DNA of 63,713 nucleotides, filler included, from Pirum gemmata (GCA_002812295.1; 22 parts of 22 records of this genome joined end to end with filler, not necessarily neighbours in it), one strand, 5' to 3'; positions 25,849 to 38,499 are shown, counted from the whole stretch's first letter. Notes: generated by a model from the sequence alone, not told the origin. Numbers and translations: made by a program.

Positions 25849-26037
25849 TATTATGCTTTTCAGTTGTTTTGTCATCATAAAATATACAATAAAGAGTACC
25901 AAATTAATAAAATACGGATCCATTTTATTTAATTTGGTATATTTTATTATATATTTATTCATTTAACAATGACAATTAAAAAATTATAACCAACCAAATA
26001 AATATTCGGAGTGACAAAATAAATGAAAAGCGCTATA
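25849..26037 (-). mobile_element. MITE family A, complete copy
   Basis: TIRs TATTATGCTTTTCA ... TGAAAAGCGCTATA; about 190 bp. Confidence 0.85.
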
Positions 26038-26154
26038 AAGANNNNNNNNNNNNNNNNNNNNNNNNNNNNNNNNNNNNNNNNNNNNTTAATTAATTAANNN
26101 NNNNNNNNNNNNNNNNNNNNNNNNNNNNNNNNNNNNNNNNNATAAAAAACAAAC

Positions 26155-26259
<105 letters not shown>

Positions 26260-26314
26260 AAAAACAAAAACAAAACCAAAAAAACAAAAACAAAAAAACA
26301 AAAAAACAAAAACA

Positions 26315-28189
26315 ATGTGGTGGTCAAAAAATATTGCAACAATTTTTATTATCCCAACAGTTTATTTAACATGTTCAATGTCGAAAGTTCATGCAAAATC
26401 AATACTTACTAGTTCAGAATCCACAACTTATGACTTTTACATTGATAATACTAATGAAGGGCTGACCGTACAAACTACATCCCTTGGCCAAGGCATAAAC
26501 TTGATACTTGCTAAAGCACCTGGCTTACTTGGCACTCCTTTTGAAGCAAGAGATCCTATAGCTTATTACAATCCTGATACCTCATATTTATATGCGGAAA
26601 TATACGACGAAAGTGATAAAACTACTTCAATCTATGCATCTCTTTCTGCTTCAGGCTCGCAAAAGAACTTGTTAGGATGGGGATACAGTGTTTCTGGTTC
26701 AGTATCATATGATGAGTCAATAACTACTAGCGAAACCTCACTTTATTATACTTTAAATTACCAACAAATTGCTTATCAAAACTATCTCGACGTCAATTCT
26801 TTAACGGTTAGCGACGATGTAATAGATTTAATTAATACTGATGTTGAATCCTTTCTTGAAAAGTATGGTAAATATTTCTTTCAATCCTATACTACCGGCT
26901 GTGTAGTAAACGCAATGACGTCGGTAGTGACGGAATCAACATCAGACATGAATACTGTAAAAGCCTCTTTGGATGCAAAGTATTCCTCGGGGTTTATTTA
27001 TCAAACAGAAGCGAAGGCCAGCTTTACGACAACTGTAGAAGAAGCTGATACTGAAAATTCAGTTTCTATCACTTCACAAGCCAACACAATAGGAACAACT
27101 GCACCTAGTGGTATTTCCTTGTCTGACCCTACTTCTGTTGAATATTATTATGGTAACGTTTCCGAAAGTTGTGGTAATGGTACATTGCTTAAAGCTAGTT
27201 TTGCATCTTGGTTATCGATCACTGATATTTCTAATCGAGTGACAAATATGACAAGTTGGGCAATTTTAGAAACCAGTATTGCCTCTGCTGATTTTGAAGA
27301 TTATTGGACTATTTATACTCAGTTTAATGATTTGCAAAATTCTGTTTGGGCTTGTTATCAGTCACCAGGGAGTTGTTTAAGTGGTGAGTTCTTTTATTCC
27401 ACGGTTTACCAAGATTTAGTTGACTTGTATGATGGTCTTACTAGTGATTTCGCGTCTTTCAAAGAATATGGCTACTCGCAAGATGCAGAAGATGAGTTTT
27501 CGGATAATTCCACTGACATCCTTGCAGATTACTTGGCTAGGGTTACTAATTATAAAACTACATTTAACTCAATTTATTCTTCCAGAAGCACTCTTCATTT
27601 TGAATATATTGAAGGTAAAACTGATACGCTATCTACTGGTCAATTGAGCGTAAATGACATGTACGAAACAGATTGGGAAACAAACTCAGATGTGTACCAA
27701 AATTATTCTTCATACGTTTACTCATATATGCAGTTAAATTATGTTCTTGATGATAATACGGGTTATTTAGTTATGACTGCATCTTGTTTAAATGGCAAAT
27801 ATATTAGTCAATGTTATAATGAAGATGATTTAGCAGCAGGAGATGGTACTGTTGTTTTAGACGCATCAGATTGTGGTGCTAATTTCGAGGTTTCACTTAA
27901 ATTTACAGATTATACCAATACGAATGCCGCTGGTAGCAGTGGTTCTAAATCCGGACGAAGTTGTACAAGTACTGTTCAATCATACATGAGTTCAAATTTT
28001 GATGCCGAAGATCCTAATGCTTCAAAACTTTGGTGTGATCATTATAAATCTTGGACTGGATTGTCGAGAAAATCGTGTTCATGTAATACGAGTTGTGAAT
28101 CTACATCATCATATTGGTATTGTGAGCAGGAAACGGATGGTGCAACTTGTAAACATAAGAAATATCTTAAAAAGTCTGATTTGAATTAA
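26315..28189 (+). CDS. Secreted MACPF/CDC-like (putative pore-forming) protein, 624 aa, intronless
   Basis: N-terminal signal-like segment, LGQGINL, alternating amphipathic S/T-rich segments, FLEKYGKYFFQSYTTGC resembling the MACPF signature (Y/W)G(T/S)H(F/Y)x6GG, and a Cys-rich C-terminus. Confidence 0.72.
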   Translation: MWWSKNIATIFIIPTVYLTCSMSKVHAKSILTSSESTTYDFYIDNTNEGLTVQTTSLGQGINLILAKAPGLLGTPFEARDPIAYYNPDTSYLYAEIYDESDKTTSIYASLSASGSQKNLLGWGYSVSGSVSYDESITTSETSLYYTLNYQQIAYQNYLDVNSLTVSDDVIDLINTDVESFLEKYGKYFFQSYTTGCVVNAMTSVVTESTSDMNTVKASLDAKYSSGFIYQTEAKASFTTTVEEADTENSVSITSQANTIGTTAPSGISLSDPTSVEYYYGNVSESCGNGTLLKASFASWLSITDISNRVTNMTSWAILETSIASADFEDYWTIYTQFNDLQNSVWACYQSPGSCLSGEFFYSTVYQDLVDLYDGLTSDFASFKEYGYSQDAEDEFSDNSTDILADYLARVTNYKTTFNSIYSSRSTLHFEYIEGKTDTLSTGQLSVNDMYETDWETNSDVYQNYSSYVYSYMQLNYVLDDNTGYLVMTASCLNGKYISQCYNEDDLAAGDGTVVLDASDCGANFEVSLKFTDYTNTNAAGSSGSKSGRSCTSTVQSYMSSNFDAEDPNASKLWCDHYKSWTGLSRKSCSCNTSCESTSSYWYCEQETDGATCKHKKYLKKSDLN

Positions 28190-28654
28190 GTATGTATTAC
28201 CTTTCTTTTGCTGTAAAATTTAATAAGCATTATAGTATTTATATGTTGTTTTCTTATTAATAATAACATAATATTATATATGTGTATATTATTTATTATT
28301 GTAATTACTTTTAATTAGGTGTAATGATAGTTGTGAATCGTGAAACTTGTCATTCACAATAAATAAATTTATTTCAATAAATATCATAATTAATAACAGC
28401 AATATTATAATATATATTACAATGACGTCTTTATCAACATCATCAACATCATCAACATCATCAATATAATTATCATCAATATCATGCCACTTTATAGCCA
28501 ATTATAAGCGTTTCGGTTTTTTTTTGGTTCTGGGTAGTGTACATGTGTTTCTAATGTTTCGAAAAACTATTATTCTAGCTAGGAGGACGGGGGTAAAGAC
28601 TCATCTTCTTATTTATTCCTTGTTAAAACCCTTGGTACAATTATTATCTGTTAT

Positions 28655-28942
28655 TATGTCAATTTAAAGATTATAACCCACCAAATAAATATTTAGAGTA
28701 ACAAAATAAATGAAAAGTGTACAATAAATAGTACCAAATAAATACAATATAAATCCATTTGATACATTTTAGTGTATTTTATTATCTATGTATTGATTTA
28801 AAAATGTCAATTTAAAGATTATAACCCACCAAATAAATATTTAGAGTGACAAAATAAATGAAAAGTGTACAATAAATAGTACCAAATAAATACAATATAA
28901 ATCCATTTGATACATTTTAGTGTATTTTATTATCTATGTATT
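28655..28942 (-). mobile_element. MITE family A, two tandem partial copies
   Basis: CCAAATAAATATTTAGAGT(A/G)ACAAAATAAATGAAAAG occurs twice. Confidence 0.75.
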
Positions 28943-29295
28943 NNNNNNNNNNNNNNNNNNNNNNNNNNNNNNNNNNNNNNNNNNNNTTAATTAATTAANN
29001 NNNNNNNNNNNNNNNNNNNNNNNNNNNNNNNNNNNNNNNNNNTAATAATAATAATAATAATAAGAAAAGGTGCCTCTAATGTTAATTTGACCTTGGATCG
29101 GCCAAAATTACCTATAAATACAAAATAATAATGATAAAAACATGAAAAAAAAAATAATAATATCAATAAAAATAAATTCAATATTTATTATTATTAATAA
29201 TAATTATAATAATAATAATAGGAAAAAACAACTCTAATTCTAGTAAAAAATAGTAAAAAACTCGTAATCCAAGTGAAAAAAATAATAAAAAAACC

Positions 29296-30687
29296 ATGTC
29301 TGTACAAACTTACAATCCTTTTGCCTTCAACGCAGCACAAGTCTGTGCTAATTTAGAAGTCAATGCAAATTATAAACTTTGTGAACCGGAATTTTGGAAA
29401 CGTTCAATTGGTTGCGATAAAAATGGTTTATGCACTCAAACCAAAAATTGTATGGATGTTTTAATTAATTCTTTAAAAAATGGCCAAACAGTAGAAAACG
29501 AAACACAAACACAAGGTTTCACAATTATATCTTCTGATGGTTTTGTAAGCGATAATCTTAGTAGAACATACGCTAGCGTAGCCCAGCAATTTGTGGAACA
29601 AAAAGCATCGCCCACTGAAGATTTGAAACTTATTATCAATTTTGACGCTAGTTTAGGACATATACAAAATGGAATACGGACTGTTGAAAATATTCCAAAT
29701 AATGAGTTTGCAATGCTGGCTAAACCATTAATAGATTTTAATGTTTTACCTTCTTCTATGAAAGAGATTAAAGTAATTGTTGATTTGGTTTATGAAAATA
29801 AATATATAGTAGGCAAGGCGAAGAAAACAAAAAATGGTTTGTCAGACTTTGAATGGGACAAAAAAAAAAAGCTTAAAACGAACGGATTCTTTCTAAACAA
29901 AGTTCTCCCTAATTCTATTTATTATTTTACTGGAGGAAACCCCATGAATTATATGATGGGTGCTGCCAAATATAATGATCAATCTAAAATATTGAAAGCT
30001 TTGTGGCAACAAGGTAAAGTAATGACTGTAGGGACTAGTGCTGGATCTATAGCTCAAGCACAGAAAAATAATCATATTCATTTTCAGATCGGCAATAATG
30101 CCAATCCACTTAATGTTAAAGTAGGCGATTCAACATCAGAGAAAAAACTATTACCCTGGACATGCAAAGACGCTTTTGATCTCAGAATGTATGGTACCGA
30201 CAGTAAGCCTGGTTGTATGGGTAAAGTATGTCAAAAAGCTACGGATTACCCGCCAACTGGCTTAGGAGAACGTTACCGAGGGTATGGATTAACTCCATTT
30301 AGTGTGAAACCTCATGTTTGTTCTGATGGTAAGGTAAAAGAAAAATATTTTTCCTTAAAAGACGCGTATGGAACAGCCGATAAATTAAAACTTTATGAGC
30401 AATATGCACCTATTCCATTTGTTGCTATTCCAGATGGTATGATTGTAATCATGAATAAGGCAGCTATTGGTGAGAAAATACAATCAAGATTTGTATCTCG
30501 AGTTACAGAGGAAAACCTGTTTAAACCAGATGTTAGTAGTGGAAGTGACTTTAAAATTCCATTTAAGAGTAGTATTAGTGGTGGAAGCGACTTTAAAACA
30601 CCACCTAATGACCCTAATGACGCAGGTAAAGTTGTTGTCAATTTATTATTGACTGGTGTGGTTGTATTGTCAAGTTATTTTTTGTAA
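29296..30687 (+). CDS. Peptidase S51 family (dipeptidase E/cyanophycinase-like) protein with C-terminal hydrophobic, GPI-like tail
   Basis: Ordered motifs YFTGGN, GTSAG (nucleophile Ser) and GYGLTPFSVKPH (catalytic His); ends NDAGKVVVNLLLTGVVVLSSYFL*. Confidence 0.82.
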   Translation: MSVQTYNPFAFNAAQVCANLEVNANYKLCEPEFWKRSIGCDKNGLCTQTKNCMDVLINSLKNGQTVENETQTQGFTIISSDGFVSDNLSRTYASVAQQFVEQKASPTEDLKLIINFDASLGHIQNGIRTVENIPNNEFAMLAKPLIDFNVLPSSMKEIKVIVDLVYENKYIVGKAKKTKNGLSDFEWDKKKKLKTNGFFLNKVLPNSIYYFTGGNPMNYMMGAAKYNDQSKILKALWQQGKVMTVGTSAGSIAQAQKNNHIHFQIGNNANPLNVKVGDSTSEKKLLPWTCKDAFDLRMYGTDSKPGCMGKVCQKATDYPPTGLGERYRGYGLTPFSVKPHVCSDGKVKEKYFSLKDAYGTADKLKLYEQYAPIPFVAIPDGMIVIMNKAAIGEKIQSRFVSRVTEENLFKPDVSSGSDFKIPFKSSISGGSDFKTPPNDPNDAGKVVVNLLLTGVVVLSSYFL

Positions 30688-31356
30688 TTTTACATTAGAC
30701 AAATATTTATGATATGTACATAATACTTACACATGATTGTAACGAAATTGTACTTGCAAAAATGAAATATATTGCAACACTATTTTTTAATTAAGATTAA
30801 TTGAAATTAATTATAATAGATCTAGACATTGTTATTAAATTTTATTGATTACAGTATTCTATTGTGTCATCGTTAATATTGTAATTATTGCTATTGCACT
30901 TGATGTTCTTATTAAAATATTGTTATTGTAATTATTGTAGTTATTGCTTTTAATTAATGTTGATGCTATTGTTGCCATTGCGCATGCCGTTGTTGTTACT
31001 GCTATTGTTGTTATTATTGCAATTGTATTTATAGTTATTGTGGCCATTGTTGTTATTGTTATTATTATTGTTATAATATGTTATTATTGTTATATTGTTG
31101 TTATTGTTGTTATTGTTATTGTTGTTATTGCAATTGTTATATATAATACATACAATAAGGAATCAACCTTCTCTTTTTTACTGAAAATGTAGGATTTTAG
31201 CGTACAATTTTTAAATTATATATTATATAAGCATTAAATTTTACATAATATATATTGGTATTATTAAAACGTTAACGTCATAATATATAGTTATCGACAT
31301 ATGTATTGTGGTTGTTGTTGCTGTTGTTGTTATTATTTATAACTATTTATAATAAA

Positions 31357-31406
<50 letters not shown>

Positions 31407-31940
31407 GATTATTATTATATTTTATGTAATATTTACTATAATATACCGACCACAATCTATGTTATCATAGCGTTAAAAGTACATATTATATATACATAAT
31501 ATTATTTGGATATATCGATTGATGTAATATTTTTAAAAAAATTTAGTACAATTATTATTATAACGGTTAGGGTTAGGGTTAGGGTTAGGGTTATGACTAG
31601 CAAAGTCATTTTTAATAGTAATGTATATATATAAAAATTAGCTACCTATCTATATTCACCTTCACAATTCTCTTTTCCGCCAAAAAGACAGCATAAAGTT
31701 CGACTCTTTTTCACAGCTAATTTACCCCATCAAAAATTCCATTATATGTATATATTTATAATTATTCATAACTATTATTATTATTACTAATAGTAATAGT
31801 AGTAATAGCAATATTTATGGTATTATTATTATTATTATTANNNNNNNNNNNNNNNNNNNNNNNNNNNNNNNNNNNNNNNNNNNNTTAATTAATTAANNNN
31901 NNNNNNNNNNNNNNNNNNNNNNNNNNNNNNNNNNNNNNNN

Positions 31941-32505
31941 CTTGCTCGAAAAAAAAAGAATATCATTTCAAAATTGTCACTATTTAATAATTAGAATCGA
32001 GCTGTTTGACTCGACTTATGTTTTCCCATATCCCCTAAGTCAAATGTAATATTGGCCAATTAAGTTTAGTTAACGCTGTCTAAAAAAATTACCAATGAGG
32101 GCAAAAACCATCGAATCGAGACAAGTTCGAAACTTTCGAATTTTTTCGATCTAATTTTTTTAAGTATTGAACTTTTGATTTTAATAAAAAATTCTTGAAA
32201 AATTCTCACCCAGATGACTTAACATTCTAACCCTAACCCTAAAAGAAAATTAGATTACATTTTCATAACTATAGATATTTCTAGATCGAGTCTAGTTCGA
32301 ATTTTTCGAATTTTTTCGATCTAATTTTAAGTATTGACTCACTCACGATTTCATTTCAAAAATTCTTAAAAATTCTTAGAAATTTCATAGAAAAAACTTG
32401 AAACTCGAAAAAAAAAGAATATCATTTTTTTCAAAATTGTCACTATTTAATAATTAATAATTAGGATCGAGCTGTTTGATTCGATTATGTTTTCCCGTAT
32501 CTCNA
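31941..32505 (-). mobile_element. Repeat family E fragments (homologous to 43810-44376)
   Basis: Two copies of ...GAGCTGTTTGA(C/T)TCGA(C)TTATGTTTTCCC(A/G)TATC(C/T)C, the reverse complement of the left end at 43810. Confidence 0.75.
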
Positions 32506-32609
32506 AGTATTTCTAAAGTTTCAAGTTTGAATATAAATTTTGAATAATAATAATAATAATAATAAAATTAACAAATTAAATTTAGTTAAAAATTTTGAAA
32601 AAAAAAAAG

Positions 32610-32640
<31 letters not shown>

Positions 32641-32645
32641 AAATT

Positions 32646-32685
<40 letters not shown>

Positions 32686-32781
32686 TCAATTAAACTTAGT
32701 TAAATTTAGTTTTAAAAAAAAATAATAAATAAAAATAAAAATACCACCAATTGATTTTGGTTATTTTGAACGAGGGCTAGC

Positions 32782-33085
32782 TAGACTTCTCCGAATTCTG
32801 CCCGGGCAGAATTTGGCTCTTTTCGAGAAAAGGCAGAATGGTGTTTTTCCTCTTTAACTCGATCAAAAATTAATTTTTTGAAAAAAAAAAAAAAGAGATT
32901 GATTCTACCACTATATAAATATAAGCTCGAAATTTTCGAACCTATGTATTTATTGATAAACTCGAAACAATTAATTTCGAACAGACCAAACAGACCAGAA
33001 ATTCTGCTCGGCAGAAATCGAGATTTTCGGGGCAGAAGGCGGAAGCAGAAAGTCGAGTTTTAGGGGCAGAATTCGGAGAAGTCTA
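32782..33085. mobile_element. hAT-like MITE with perfect 22-bp TIRs and 8-bp TSD
   Basis: TAGACTTCTCCGAATTCTGCCC ... GGGCAGAATTCGGAGAAGTCTA; ACGAGGGC at 32770-32777 and 33086-33093. Confidence 0.88.
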
Positions 33086-34094
33086 ACGAGGGCCCGTGAG
33101 TTGAATTTTCGCTAGTGAATTTTCGTACTATTGTTTTAAAAATTTGTAACTATATATACCGGTAGTAAGCGATGTGCATTATTATTGTTAATGGTGGTTG
33201 TTGTGGTAATGGTTGTAGTCATTTTTTCCTCAAAAAACTAGAGCGCTCTTTCTTGTATCTAGAAGCTTTGTTTTTATTATGTATAACTAAATAATATAAA
33301 TAAAGGCTTCAGTTGGACCTTGTTCTCTCCCTCCTTTTTCTTTTCTTTCCTCAATTTTGTAGTGAAAAACTAATTGATAGTTAAATTCAAACTTCAAACT
33401 TACTTAGTGCTTAGTTTATTTAATGTTCATTTAATATAAAAAAATATTCGGAAACTGGTTACGCGGGTTTCGCAACCGTGATTGGATTCTTATTCTTATG
33501 TAGACTATGTTATCGTTATAATAATAGTAGTAACTTTATTATATTTCAATGCTTATTTACAAAAAAAGTATTTTTCTAAAATTATTATTATTTACATAAT
33601 TATGTTTATACAGGTAATAATATAACAAAAGAATAACTAAATTATTGTCATAAGGTTTAAAAAAGTAAATAATATGTTTTCAATATGATAAAGTTAGCTA
33701 ATATTTTTGTAATGTAATATTTATAATACATTGCTATTTATTCTTTTATTTTTGTTTAATTATAATTGTTTTATCAATAATAAACCATATTATCGATAAA
33801 GCTTATGTACAATAGATGTTATTACTAATGATAGGGATTAGTAAAAGAAGTATTAGTAACACTATAGTACTTCAATTTTAGTCATAATCAGTGATATTGT
33901 TTTTTTTATTAAAAATTACCTTAAAAGTAGTAACAATTTATTTTAAAAGGAGATTTGGGAAATTCTATAAACGGTAATATCCTTAACAAAAATAGGAGTT
34001 ACCGAGTAGCGAATACCATAAATGATAAGCCCCACTAATATAACGTTACTGGTAGTTCTTGACTAATTACTAATTATCGTCTAGTTTTCCTCTT

Positions 34095-34227
34095 GATCTT
34101 TAATTTGGTACTGTTTATGTGTATAATTGAACTTGTTTATATAATACAACATAAGTTTAACCATAATAATAATTTGATATGTTTATTTCAGTTTTTGAAC
34201 TGGACAACACTATTGAAAAACATGATA
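34095..34227 (-). mobile_element. MITE family B copy
   Basis: Ends AACTGGACAACACTATTGAAAAACATGATA. Confidence 0.75.
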
Positions 34228-34302
34228 AGCCCAAAGAAGAAACCGAGTTCAATATCCATCTACGCAATTTTTTATTTTTTAATTGATTTATAAAAGATCA
34301 AG

Positions 34303-34599
34303 CTTCTCCCAATTCTGCTCGAGCTCGAGCCCGAAAACTCGAATTTCTGCTGTCGAAAAAAAAAACCGAAATTCAGTTTTGTTCGAAAATTATTTTTTCC
34401 ATTTTTTTGGGTTTATAAATAAATAAATATACTTGAATACTTAACTGTTAGCTTAAAAAAAATTTTTTTTTTTTTTGTTCAATAAAATTTATTAAAAAAA
34501 TTAATAAATCGACAGAGGTAAAAAAAAAATTTCGAACTTATTTAATTAATGCATAGGCTTGAAAACTCGATTTTTTAAAAAAAGGAGAATTGGGAGAAG
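34303..34599. mobile_element. MITE related to 32782-33085
   Basis: TIRs CTTCTCCCAATTCT ... AGAATTGGGAGAAG; internal similarity in the opposite orientation. Confidence 0.75.
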
Positions 34600-34693
34600 G
34601 TTTTTTAAAACAGTGAGAAGGACATATGGAGATTATTTATGCGAAATTATACCAAATTATTAATAGTTCGAATACCTAGTTTCGAATACTGTT

Positions 34694-34752
<59 letters not shown>

Positions 34753-35978
34753 TTTTTTTTNNNNNNNNNNNNNNNNNNNNNNNNNNNNNNNNNNNNNNNN
34801 NNNNTTAATTAATTAANNNNNNNNNNNNNNNNNNNNNNNNNNNNNNNNNNNNNNNNNNNNTAATAATAATAAAATATTAATTAATATCATAATAAAAATA
34901 TGTAATAATTATAATAATTACAATAATTTTTTAACTTCTTACTATTCTATTAAAATATTTATAATAATAATAATTTGATTATTTGATATTTACAAATGAC
35001 ATTGAACCAGCATAGCATAACTAGTTGTCTGAACAACAATTATTTATATATTTGTGATAAAACCAAAGCCTCAAAGGAAGCTTTGTTTGCTTGCAATTGT
35101 TAGTTTTCAAATTTTTTGTTTGTATATACTTACAACCATAGTGACCAGGGCTGTCACAGTCACATAAACCCTTGTAATTGACTATCTAATATCGTCTATT
35201 TCAATACAGTTGTCTTCTCAATCTCTGGTACTGTTTATTTAAGTGTATAGTTGAACTTATTTATGTTTATTAAATACAACGTTTTAAAAAGTATAAAATA
35301 CCAATAATAACAATTTGGTACATTTATTTCAGTTTTTGAACTGGACAACATTTTACACTATTTTAAAAAACACGAAGGTCACTAGTCCTTGGTACACTCT
35401 AGTTAGTTGGTATACGTATGTTGTACACGAACTCCATACATAATATCTGTATTTTGTTTAAAACGGAAAGAATAGCAATAATTACATCATGTTTGTTTGT
35501 TCTCCTTTTCTTTGTTTGTTGTAGTTTAGGTTGAACACTCGCTAGAGTCTACTGCATGAGTCTGTACAATATAGCAGCTGGTCTGACTCTATACACTGTA
35601 TTGCTCTGTACTACAGTCTACCATATTATATAGATTATTATTGCAAACTATTTTTATACAGATGCACCAAAACTTGCACCAAGGAGTTCAAAAAAAAAAA
35701 GAAAGTTTTTTTTTTGTTTTTTCAGAACTCGTTGCAAAATACACTTTTTTAATTATCATAATAATGGAATTAGACATTATTGTTTTTTTTTTATTTTTTT
35801 TTTTAGCTATAATAATTCCTATAATTCCTATAATTCCAAGATTTTTTTTTTTGTTTGCTGGATTGGTTTACTTGTCTAATACACTTCTACTACCCCCCAG
35901 TAAATCTACCAGTAGTCTGACTTTATTTCTAGTGCGAACCTCTTTAGACTATCTACTTGATCAGGTCTTTTTAATTAA

Positions 35979-36211
35979 CCAAGCCGGATAAAAATGGCGA
36001 CATCCAGCATATGAGCTCAAAAATCCAAAAATCTCAAAATGATTCAATTTTAATAAAAATACTACCAACTTTTGAGAAATCGTCTAATTCAAAAAACTCT
36101 ATTATGAACCAATGACTAGTTTTAAAAAAATAATTTGGCTGGTTAGCATTAAAGATTTTTATAGTAGAAAAGAAGTCTAAAAAAATTGATTTCTACAGTT
36201 TTATCCGGCTT
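35979..36211 (+). mobile_element. MITE family C
   Basis: CCAAGCCGGATAAAAATGGCG ... GTTTTATCCGGCTT. Confidence 0.82.
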
Positions 36212-36467
36212 AAAAAAAAAATAATAATAATAATAAAAATATTTCTAATAGATTATAATCAGCACCGGTATGTAATACTATATTACATTAATTAAAATAC
36301 TAAGCGTATGTACTGCGTATGTACACATTGTACAGTATTGATATAATCAGCTATCATAAATATATATTTTATTTTATTATTATTATTATTATTGTTTATT
36401 AGACTAGTTCATGTTTTCCTTTATATTATTTATAAAAAGGAGGAGCAGGTTATCACAGTAATACCAC

Positions 36468-36653
36468 GGGGAACATTCATAAAGGATCACTTGTTCTTTG
36501 ATAGAAGTCATTACTCGAAAGTGTGACTTAAACTGTTTTAGGCAGTAATTAATTATTAAAATGAACTTTAAAATTATGACCAAAAGAGTTTTGGACAAAG
36601 AGGCATTGGTAAACTATTGGTAAGATTAGGTGACGTCCTTTATGGATGATTCC
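36468..36653. mobile_element. MITE, possibly PIF/Harbinger-like (second partial copy at about 42370-42507)
   Basis: Imperfect TIRs GGGGAACATTCATAAAGGATCAC ... GTGACGTCCTTTATGGATGATTCC; internal AATTATGAC(C/T)AAAAG(A/T)GTTTTGG(A/G)CAAAGAGGCAT shared with the second copy. Confidence 0.6.
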
Positions 36654-36991
36654 TTATCAGTAGCTATCACAATTCACAAATGTCTGAACACTATTGAAAA
36701 TATTGAAAAGCACGATAGAATCTGTAGCTACTACTACAGTACTAGACTACTCTGGAGTCTGCACTGAGTGTCTGCACTATAGTGACTCTGCACTCTGCAC
36801 TCTGCAGTTTGAACTTTGAAATTTGAATAGAGTCTAGGTCTATTCTGGTAGTCCGACTGTGGTCGGTCTAGTCTATTTGTAATACCGGACCATTAGTGGA
36901 GTATTAGTGGTCCATTACTGGTATTAGGTCCGGTAAACAACAAAGATTATAATTTTATACTTTATTTAGTAGTCTATCAAGAAAAATCAAA

Positions 36992-37081
<90 letters not shown>

Positions 37082-37815
37082 NNNNNNNNNNNNNNNNNNN
37101 NNNNNNNNNNNNNNNNNNNNNNNAAATATAATATTTTTGTTCTTTAAAAGTTCTTTATTAAAGGGAGTCTGGGAAATATACAAATATAGAATTTCATAAT
37201 ATTAAAATTTCTATATATAGAATTTCATCTAATATGAAAATTCCATATTTGATATAATAATTACCATATTTAAAATCCCAAATCCCCAAAAACCCAAAAA
37301 TTAGTATAATTAATTTTTACATTATAATTTAATATAATGTGGTCTTCATTATAATTAATAGTATAACGGAAAAAATTATATATAGTTGCCTATCATTTAT
37401 AATTAATTTTTATATTATAATGTAGCCCTCATTATAATTAGTATTATAATGGAAAAAAGAAAATTTTTATATAGTTGCCTATCATTTATAATTAAGTTTT
37501 ATATTATAATGTGGCCTTCATTATAATTAGTATTATAATGGAAAGAATTATATGTAGCTGTCGTCCGGCGGCTCGAAGTATCCTCGAGCCGAGTTCGGTT
37601 CGTTATATAAATATTCGAGATATAGACCCGATAATATGTATGACTCGAGCGGGCCAGTTCGAGCCCGNNNNNNNNNNNNNNNNNNNNNNNNNNNNNNNNN
37701 NNNNNNNNNNNTTAATTAATTAANNNNNNNNNNNNNNNNNNNNNNNNNNNNNNNNNNNNNNNNNNNNATATATTATGTATATGTATATATGTATAAATAT
37801 AAATACATATTTTAC

Positions 37816-37927
37816 CTTCATAACTAGTACATGTGAATTCATCGCAAAGGATACAAGATTGTATCATATAAAACACCGAAGCGATGAGAAGCACAACTAG
37901 AACCACAGTTGTATTTACTTCAGTCAT
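37816..37927 (-). CDS. First exon of a putative secreted protein
   Basis: MTEVNTTVVLVVLLIASVFYMIQSCILCDEFTCTSYE (signal-peptide-like), then donor AG/GTAAAA and an AT-repeat intron running to the contig end. Confidence 0.55.
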
Positions 37928-38499
37928 TTTAAAAGTATACTAAAAGAAAAGAAAGAGAAAATGAAGGAAGGCTAATTGGTTGTATGGTTGATTATTAATG
38001 GTTTTGATTATGCTGTGAGTTGTATATTATTATGCATGAAAAATAGTTTTTTCTTGTTACAAATACTTCTATAGATAATTACAATAATTACAGTATAATT
38101 AATATTACAGAAGTTATTACAGACTACTTTTTATTATGATATTATTATGATAATATTATATTGATAATAGACTACTTATTATAAAAAATTTTAAAATATT
38201 CATAGTCTCTAACTAAAGTTTTATAATAATAATATTATCATGATATCAATATTAAATAATTTATAGCTAGTCTAGCTAGCTAGCTATTGATATCATATAT
38301 AGCTCTAGCTAGTTAGTACTATCTGATACTACGCTAGCTAGCTAGCTATGAGTGTTATCTGATACTTAGCTGTTAGTAGCTAGCTAGCCTAGCTAGCTAG
38401 CTAGTAGAGAGTTATTAGCTAGCTAGCTAGCTCTAGCTAGATAGTATTATAGATATGTTGTATCATATCTACGAGAGATAAGAGTCTAATAACAAATAA

